Source: Patescibacteria group bacterium (GTDB lineage: Bacteria > Patescibacteriota > Microgenomatia > Levybacterales > UBA12049). Taken from it: DNA of 64,000 bases. This document shows positions 58,448-64,000 of the stretch, one piece after another (positions within the stretch are counted from its first letter, which is position 1; each line of letters starts with the position of its first letter). The translations under genes were made by a program, and so were the position numbers. The stretch spans positions 6,340-70,339 of the forward strand of contig JAMCXO010000002.1 of assembly GCA_023473545.1 (NCBI GenBank), written 5' to 3'. The notes under the pieces are model-generated. The model did no database searches, had not been told where the DNA came from, and saw only the letters and a program-made list of their open reading frames with translations.

Positions 58448-59481
58448 GTAAATTTTGTCACCAATCCCAACAACTTAAAATTCCAACCCACCCGGTGGCC
58501 TTTGCCCGATTGATTGATAAATTCATTTCGGTGAGATTCGTACCACTTATAGTTTTCCAATAAAAGCTGCTGATTGGATTTAGTCGCCTTCCATCCTAAT
58601 ATCTTTTCTGCATTCTTTGTGTCAACATAAGAATTGACCGGCAGTGTTTTGTAATGCCAGGCTGATACAGGAGACAGATTTAATAATTCAAGAATTCTCA
58701 GCATCATCTGCGAAGGAAAAACAGGAAGCGAGATTATCTTTGTTCTGCTTTTGGCATACTTTATAACATATTCTAGATCTTTTCTCCAGGTTTTAAATTC
58801 CTGGGCCCCGATATTAAAAATTTGCCGGTCCGTTTTTGTCTTTAACGCCTTTACTATTGCCTCTATCACGTCCGACACCGCCAATAACTGATACTTATTA
58901 TTTCCTGATCCCAAAATAAATAATTTTTTGCCGTTATAAATCGCTTCAAACCAGATAGTAAAAACCCCCAGTCTCTCGGGTCCGAGAAAAGTTTTCGGCC
59001 TAATAATATTTACCGATAACCCTTTTTCTCCGTATCTAAGACATAGCTTCTCCCCTTCTGCCTTTGACTGACCGTAGTAACCGATGGGCGAAATACGATC
59101 TGTCTCTTTTTCGGGCAGATGATTAGGCACACCGTAAACCGCAGTCGAGGAGATAAAAACTAAGCGTTTTACTTTATTTTTAAGAGAGGCCTCAAGCACA
59201 TTTTTTGTTCCGTTTATATTTACGCCAAAGATAATTTTTTTACTTCTTTGGATTGGCAATGCGGCTGCCGCATGAACCACATAGTCTTGGTTCCGCAAGG
59301 CTTTACCAACCAGGCTTTTATTTCTTACGTCTCCTTTTATTACAGTTACCTTACCGATCAGATCTTTTGCTTCTAAAGAAGCAATATCAAGAAGGGTTAC
59401 ATTATATTTTTCCTGGAGAAGCCTTCTGGCAAGATGCACGCCTAAAAATCCGCACCCGCCGGTAATAAGAACCTTTTGCAT
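58444..59481 (-). CDS. NAD-dependent epimerase/dehydratase (extended SDR)
   Basis: ITGGCGFLG, VHAAA, ISSTAVYG, YGQSK. Confidence 0.92.
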   Translation of the reverse strand: MQKVLITGGCGFLGVHLARRLLQEKYNVTLLDIASLEAKDLIGKVTVIKGDVRNKSLVGKALRNQDYVVHAAAALPIQRSKKIIFGVNINGTKNVLEASLKNKVKRLVFISSTAVYGVPNHLPEKETDRISPIGYYGQSKAEGEKLCLRYGEKGLSVNIIRPKTFLGPERLGVFTIWFEAIYNGKKLFILGSGNNKYQLLAVSDVIEAIVKALKTKTDRQIFNIGAQEFKTWRKDLEYVIKYAKSRTKIISLPVFPSQMMLRILELLNLSPVSAWHYKTLPVNSYVDTKNAEKILGWKATKSNQQLLLENYKWYESHRNEFINQSGKGHRVGWNFKLLGLVTKFT

Positions 59482-59578
59482 AGAAACTATTGTACTATCC
59501 CTACTCTTACTAAAGCAAGACTGGCTAGAATCTCAATTAAGTTTTGAATCCCATGCGTTTCTTTATGGTTAGGGTTTT

Positions 59579-61294
59579 TCACGAGCTCTTTTTAAATATC
59601 ATAACCTTTGGATGGTCATAGACGGTAAACGATTCATCGGCTGATTGGTCGTTAATTCTAATATTAAGAAACGGAATCGTTGGATAAACAGAAAATTCAG
59701 CGACCTTCTTAAATCCGAGTTTTCCGCTAAACAGCCTTCTGTAGTAATTAGCTGTCTGAGGGTAGCACGAATGAGGATAAAGTTTAGCGCAATCGGACAA
59801 TTTCTGCAAAGGCACATAGAGTCTGTTAGAGGCAATAATAATATATTGCGTTTGAGATAGCTCTCTATCAATCTTTTCCCATTTAAATGGAGTATCAGGA
59901 TCATAAAGGGCTAAGGTTAAAATCCTATAATTTCCTCCGCCAAAAAGAGGCAACTCGTCGTCCCAGTGTTCAACTGCCAGGATTGATCCTTTAGGAATGT
60001 GTTTATTAATCCAGTTGGAGGCAAGAACGCGGGTGTTGGGACGGGTGTAAATATGAAAGAAAGATATTGGCCAAATCAATAAAAGAGCACAAAGCATTAA
60101 GCATAAGGTATTAACTATAAAGAGGCTTTTTGCTCTAAGTTTTATTAAATCGAATATTTTCGCTACGGATATGGCGGCGAAAAGGGCTAGCAAGGGATAA
60201 AGAGGAAGCATATAGCGCATAAATCCAATAGCAAATCTACCGACAACCAAAAAATATGACCAGAAGAAAACAGCTAAAATAAGCTCCCCTGCCCATTTTT
60301 CGCCTTTTTCCTTACGCAAGGCAAGGACGGTAAAATAAAAAGCGCCGATAAAAGAAAGCGTGGAAAAAATCGGTCCCAAGCCAAACAGAAATATATTTTT
60401 TATTTCGTAAAGATAGGGAATCTTCCCAACATACTGCAGGGTATAAGGAAAAGCGAAGGCATTATGAGTCATTCGGTATTGCTCTAAGGTCTGCTGAGAA
60501 AATGTTTTAAAATCAATAAGAGCGTAAGGCTCAAAGAGCATAAATGTTAAGCTGGCGCTAACTGCTATAAGAGCAGCCCGGACAATAAGTTTCTTTAAGA
60601 ATTTTGGCAGGTGGGGAAACCAGACGCGCACTCGGTGAGGGCTTTTAAAAAAAATAAGCAGAAAATCAATAATAAGCGACATACCCAGGGCAGGCAATAA
60701 CGCCATGGCGCTGACCTTGGTGGCCAGGGACAGACCAAAGAAAAACCCGACAACCACTGCCCTAACTAAGCTTGGCTTTTCGTAAAAATTGATTAAGCTG
60801 TAAAGGGTTACTAAAATAAAAAAGCTAAGAATTGTATCAACGGCGTAAAAATGCGATACCTGTATGGGAAAAAGGGCGATGCTATAAAAGAAAGCGGCCA
60901 GAAGCCCTGTTCTCTTGTCAAACAGCTTTTTAGCTAATAAAAATATAATAAGAATAGTAGCTCCGTCAAAAACCGACGACAAAAATCTGCCGACAAGATT
61001 TATGCTTTGGTAGGTTCGGAAAGCAGGGCCCAAGAAGATACCGGCTATACCGCCTGAGACCTTTAAAAGATAGAGGGGAAAACTGCCGTAAGCAAAAAAA
61101 TGGGGATCCAGGGAACTCCGGGGAGAAAAAAAATTCTTAAAGGAATGCGGCAGATGTAAAGGAAGCGTAAACATTACGATTGCTCTCTCGTCGGGATGGA
61201 GATGAAAACCCTGGTCCCAGTTAATGTCGTATAGCCGCAGGCAAAGACCTAACAGTACGATCACAAAAAGTATATAAAGATAATATTTTTTCAT
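59579..61294 (-). CDS. GT-C (PMT/ArnT-like) membrane glycosyltransferase
   Basis: HPDER, PHFFAYGSFP, SHFYAVD, ATK, FMRYMLP, ESFTVYDHP. Confidence 0.85.
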   Translation of the reverse strand: MKKYYLYILFVIVLLGLCLRLYDINWDQGFHLHPDERAIVMFTLPLHLPHSFKNFFSPRSSLDPHFFAYGSFPLYLLKVSGGIAGIFLGPAFRTYQSINLVGRFLSSVFDGATILIIFLLAKKLFDKRTGLLAAFFYSIALFPIQVSHFYAVDTILSFFILVTLYSLINFYEKPSLVRAVVVGFFFGLSLATKVSAMALLPALGMSLIIDFLLIFFKSPHRVRVWFPHLPKFLKKLIVRAALIAVSASLTFMLFEPYALIDFKTFSQQTLEQYRMTHNAFAFPYTLQYVGKIPYLYEIKNIFLFGLGPIFSTLSFIGAFYFTVLALRKEKGEKWAGELILAVFFWSYFLVVGRFAIGFMRYMLPLYPLLALFAAISVAKIFDLIKLRAKSLFIVNTLCLMLCALLLIWPISFFHIYTRPNTRVLASNWINKHIPKGSILAVEHWDDELPLFGGGNYRILTLALYDPDTPFKWEKIDRELSQTQYIIIASNRLYVPLQKLSDCAKLYPHSCYPQTANYYRRLFSGKLGFKKVAEFSVYPTIPFLNIRINDQSADESFTVYDHPKVMIFKKSS

Positions 61295-62937
61295 AGACTT
61301 TTCTTAAATATAAAAACTGTAGGCCGGTCAAATACGTCTGACGTTGTCTCGTAACGGAAAACAGGATCGCCTAAATAGGCGATTTTACAGAATATATCAC
61401 AGGGCGTCTGGTAAATAAGCTTATAGCCAAGTTTTCCGGAAAAAAGGGCCGAGTAAAATTTATAGCCATTAGGAAAACGGGTCCGATTAATAAATCTTGA
61501 CTTCATAATCCTTTGGCTGGGCAAGATAATATACTCATCATCTTTAAGTCTAAGCTTAAGATTTTGCCTTAGATAAGAATTGGAATCCAGACTATAAAAG
61601 TCGAAAAGACTAATATTTATAAAATACCGGTTAAAAGGAAGTATGCCCAAATCGTAGACCTCGCTTAAGATTCGCGCGTTTGAAGGTATATTATTTTTAG
61701 CCCATAAAGCCGCGGCCATACTGGTGTAACTTGAAGCATAAGTGGCAAGAACAAAGCTAACTGAAAATATTAAACCAATAATTGTCAACAAAATTAAAGT
61801 CGCGCGGTAGTAAAAAAATCTAAACTTATTAAGAATATCGCCTAATGCAACCCCCGAAATAATATAAACAAACGGCAGGGTTGGCACAATATATCTTGTC
61901 CATTTAACGAACAAAAAGGCATTGGGCAGGAATAAGACCAGAAAAAACAAAATCAGCAGTAAAAAATTCCTGCTTTTTGTCTTTAAACAAAGATAGCCAA
62001 GATAAAAAATCGAAAAAACAAAAATTAGGGTTATGATCGGATTTAACAAAAACGGATAGATTCTAAAAAATTGGTACAGTATTGGCACAGTGCCAAAAAA
62101 ATCACCGGTATAAAAAACAGGAATAGTTCCCAAGGCAACAGCTGATTCATAGCGCATGCTGGACAAAAAAGAATTAAAGTCTAAAAACGTATAAGGATTG
62201 GAAATTAGATAAACAACAAAAACAACAAATAAAAATAAAATGATGCGCTGTATAAATTCGGTAATGCCCGCGAATTTAATTTTTTTATTGCCTGCGATAT
62301 TTTTAAAATCAATTAGGAAAAAAATGCTAACTAAAAGAGGAATAAAGACAAGGGACGAAACCTTAATACCTACCAGTATGCCTGTTAAAACAGATATAAA
62401 AACGAGGCTAAGAAGGTTTGGTTTTTTAATGTAATTAATGCAAGATAGGAAAAGGACAAGCCCGAAAAAGGAAAGCCACATTTCAAACGTACCAAAATGG
62501 GCAAACTGAATATAGCCAACGCTAAAAAGAGAAAGCACTAAAGCAATTACTCCGCTTTTTTTACCGCCAATTTTACTGGCGGCAAAATAAGTCAAAGGTA
62601 TTAAAAATATACTCAAAAGCGCGGAAAATAGCCTGGAAACAATAATTGCCCGCAGAAGGGAAACGCTTAAAATAGGATAGCTTGCTGAAATCAAATTGAA
62701 GAAAACGGAGAGAAAATAGATTAAATATATCGGAAAACCGCCATAGGCAAAGAAACGCGGATTCATTTGACCCAAGAAATGCAGTTGGCTAACGGAGGAG
62801 GCAATATTTCGCTCGTCCGGATGAAAATAAAACGGAGAGCCCCAATTTAAATTAACAAATCTTAAAAATCCACCGATGGATACTAAAAACAAAATAATAA
62901 TTTTTGTTGAAAATTTAAGGCTTAAAAGTTTAGACAT
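61291..62937 (-). CDS. GT-C (PMT/ArnT-like) membrane glycosyltransferase, paralog of the adjacent gene
   Basis: FHPDERNI, NPRFFAYGGFP, AHFGTFE, WTRYIVP, VFDRP. Confidence 0.85.
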   Translation of the reverse strand: MSKLLSLKFSTKIIILFLVSIGGFLRFVNLNWGSPFYFHPDERNIASSVSQLHFLGQMNPRFFAYGGFPIYLIYFLSVFFNLISASYPILSVSLLRAIIVSRLFSALLSIFLIPLTYFAASKIGGKKSGVIALVLSLFSVGYIQFAHFGTFEMWLSFFGLVLFLSCINYIKKPNLLSLVFISVLTGILVGIKVSSLVFIPLLVSIFFLIDFKNIAGNKKIKFAGITEFIQRIILFLFVVFVVYLISNPYTFLDFNSFLSSMRYESAVALGTIPVFYTGDFFGTVPILYQFFRIYPFLLNPIITLIFVFSIFYLGYLCLKTKSRNFLLLILFFLVLFLPNAFLFVKWTRYIVPTLPFVYIISGVALGDILNKFRFFYYRATLILLTIIGLIFSVSFVLATYASSYTSMAAALWAKNNIPSNARILSEVYDLGILPFNRYFINISLFDFYSLDSNSYLRQNLKLRLKDDEYIILPSQRIMKSRFINRTRFPNGYKFYSALFSGKLGYKLIYQTPCDIFCKIAYLGDPVFRYETTSDVFDRPTVFIFKKSL

Positions 62938-62970
62938 TAGGCAATTAGAAATTGATTAAAAATTAGAGAT

Positions 62971-64000
62971 TCATTTTTGGCGTAACAACAATGTTGCGAT
63001 TTTTTCTCCCAGTTCCACAGCATAATTAGTTCCCCTATCCCAAGGATAAACCTGCTGCATATTGGCTAAATAAACATTGTCTAAAGGCGTTTCAAAGGGA
63101 GGCATAACTTCGGAGTAATTGGTAAAAATGACAGGTTGGGCAAAAGGCGCCTTAAAAAGTTCAAAGTTCAAAATGCAAGATTCAAAATCAGGATTAATCC
63201 TTTTAAGATAAGGAGTGTAAATTTTGAGAAGTTCTTCTTTAGTCAGTTTCATATAGTGATGGCCGATCGGCAGATAATTTCCCAAATAAACAATGTGTTC
63301 ATTGTTATAATATTTTTTATCCATAAAGTTGGTATGTTCAACAATTGCCATAATAGGAGACTTACTATCACAGATGTTTAGCCAATAGGTTCCATCTTTA
63401 AGAAACGGTTCTTTTAATCTTAGAACTAAATTTATTGCGCCTAGGCTTTTTAGGCTTTTTAATTTTTTCTGGTAATCCAGGGGCAAATCTCGGACAATCT
63501 TTAGAAATAAAAACGAAGGCAAAGTTACGACAACCTTGTCGAATTCGCGGTCTTCGGTTTTTGAGTTCTGGGTTGTAATTCTGACTTTTGCATTTTGATT
63601 TTTGATTTCTTTAACTTCCGTATTGTAATAAAGTCTTCCGCCCCTTTTTTCAATTTCTTTCTGGAGATGCTGCGCAAAACCTAAAAATCCTCGCTCTGGA
63701 TAACGCAGGGACGGTGTCCTTTTTTTAATTCTTGCCCAAAACCAGGTAAAAGAAATGTTTTCTGTAAAACTTCCAAATTTGTTTACCAAAAGAGGTTCCC
63801 AAATCATTTCATATGTTTTTTTACCCATTATTTTTCTGAGTGTCTTTGCGGCATTTAATCCCTCAAGCGGCCTCCAGAAAGGATTTAAACGCAGAATGCC
63901 CAAAATAAATCCCAGGCGGATTCTTTGCCATATTGATAAAAGAGGAAATCGCATGAGACTCGCGGGTGAGTCTAGCTGATAAATATTACCTTCTATAAAA
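62971..64000 (-). CDS. FAD-dependent oxidoreductase (protoporphyrinogen-oxidase-like), 5' end beyond the window
   Basis: Frame stays open to the window edge; IWEPLL.NKFG, WFWARI, YWLNI, VEHTNF, AQPV, YPWDRGTNYAV. Confidence 0.8.
   Translation of the reverse strand, partial: FIEGNIYQLDSPASLMRFPLLSIWQRIRLGFILGILRLNPFWRPLEGLNAAKTLRKIMGKKTYEMIWEPLLVNKFGSFTENISFTWFWARIKKRTPSLRYPERGFLGFAQHLQKEIEKRGGRLYYNTEVKEIKNQNAKVRITTQNSKTEDREFDKVVVTLPSFLFLKIVRDLPLDYQKKLKSLKSLGAINLVLRLKEPFLKDGTYWLNICDSKSPIMAIVEHTNFMDKKYYNNEHIVYLGNYLPIGHHYMKLTKEELLKIYTPYLKRINPDFESCILNFELFKAPFAQPVIFTNYSEVMPPFETPLDNVYLANMQQVYPWDRGTNYAVELGEKIATLLLRQK

Overview
A gene-dense, AT-rich bacterial chromosomal segment using standard genetic code 11 (TGA acts as stop). 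Its gene set looks like a reduced Patescibacteria/CPR genome, probably Microgenomates; this taxonomy is inferred from gene style, not tested. Core genes: partial rpoB, short alaS, sortase, mltG, the rpsO-pnp-(Lon AAA-only)-rnj-ftsK-rodZ run, pth, EndoQ-like nuclease, NiSOD sodN/sodX, nusA-infB, LCP protein, tpiA, uvrD/pcrA, FemABX, ATP-dependent DNA ligase, trxA-trxB-nnrD and a GT-C membrane glycosyltransferase cluster. Main results: (1) An 8064-bp element is integrated in the 3' end of tRNA-Asn(GTT), bounded by GGAGC cores at 22644-22648 and 30708-30712. It carries a large serine recombinase, a two-subunit restriction-modification system, an Xis-like HTH, a rolling-circle-type Rep and SpoVG. 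The att core lies inside the recombinase gene: the integrated gene ends WLRR* on the tRNA antisense strand, and an in-frame 37-codon tail sits at the far end of the element and would be rejoined on circularisation. (2) Short 7-nt-period tandem arrays of diverse sequence sit in frame in many housekeeping genes. (3) The DsbA appears circularly permuted. (4) Many genes have a leaderless-type promoter architecture. No rRNA or CRISPR array was seen. Functional calls rest on motif recognition by eye; no database searches were run.
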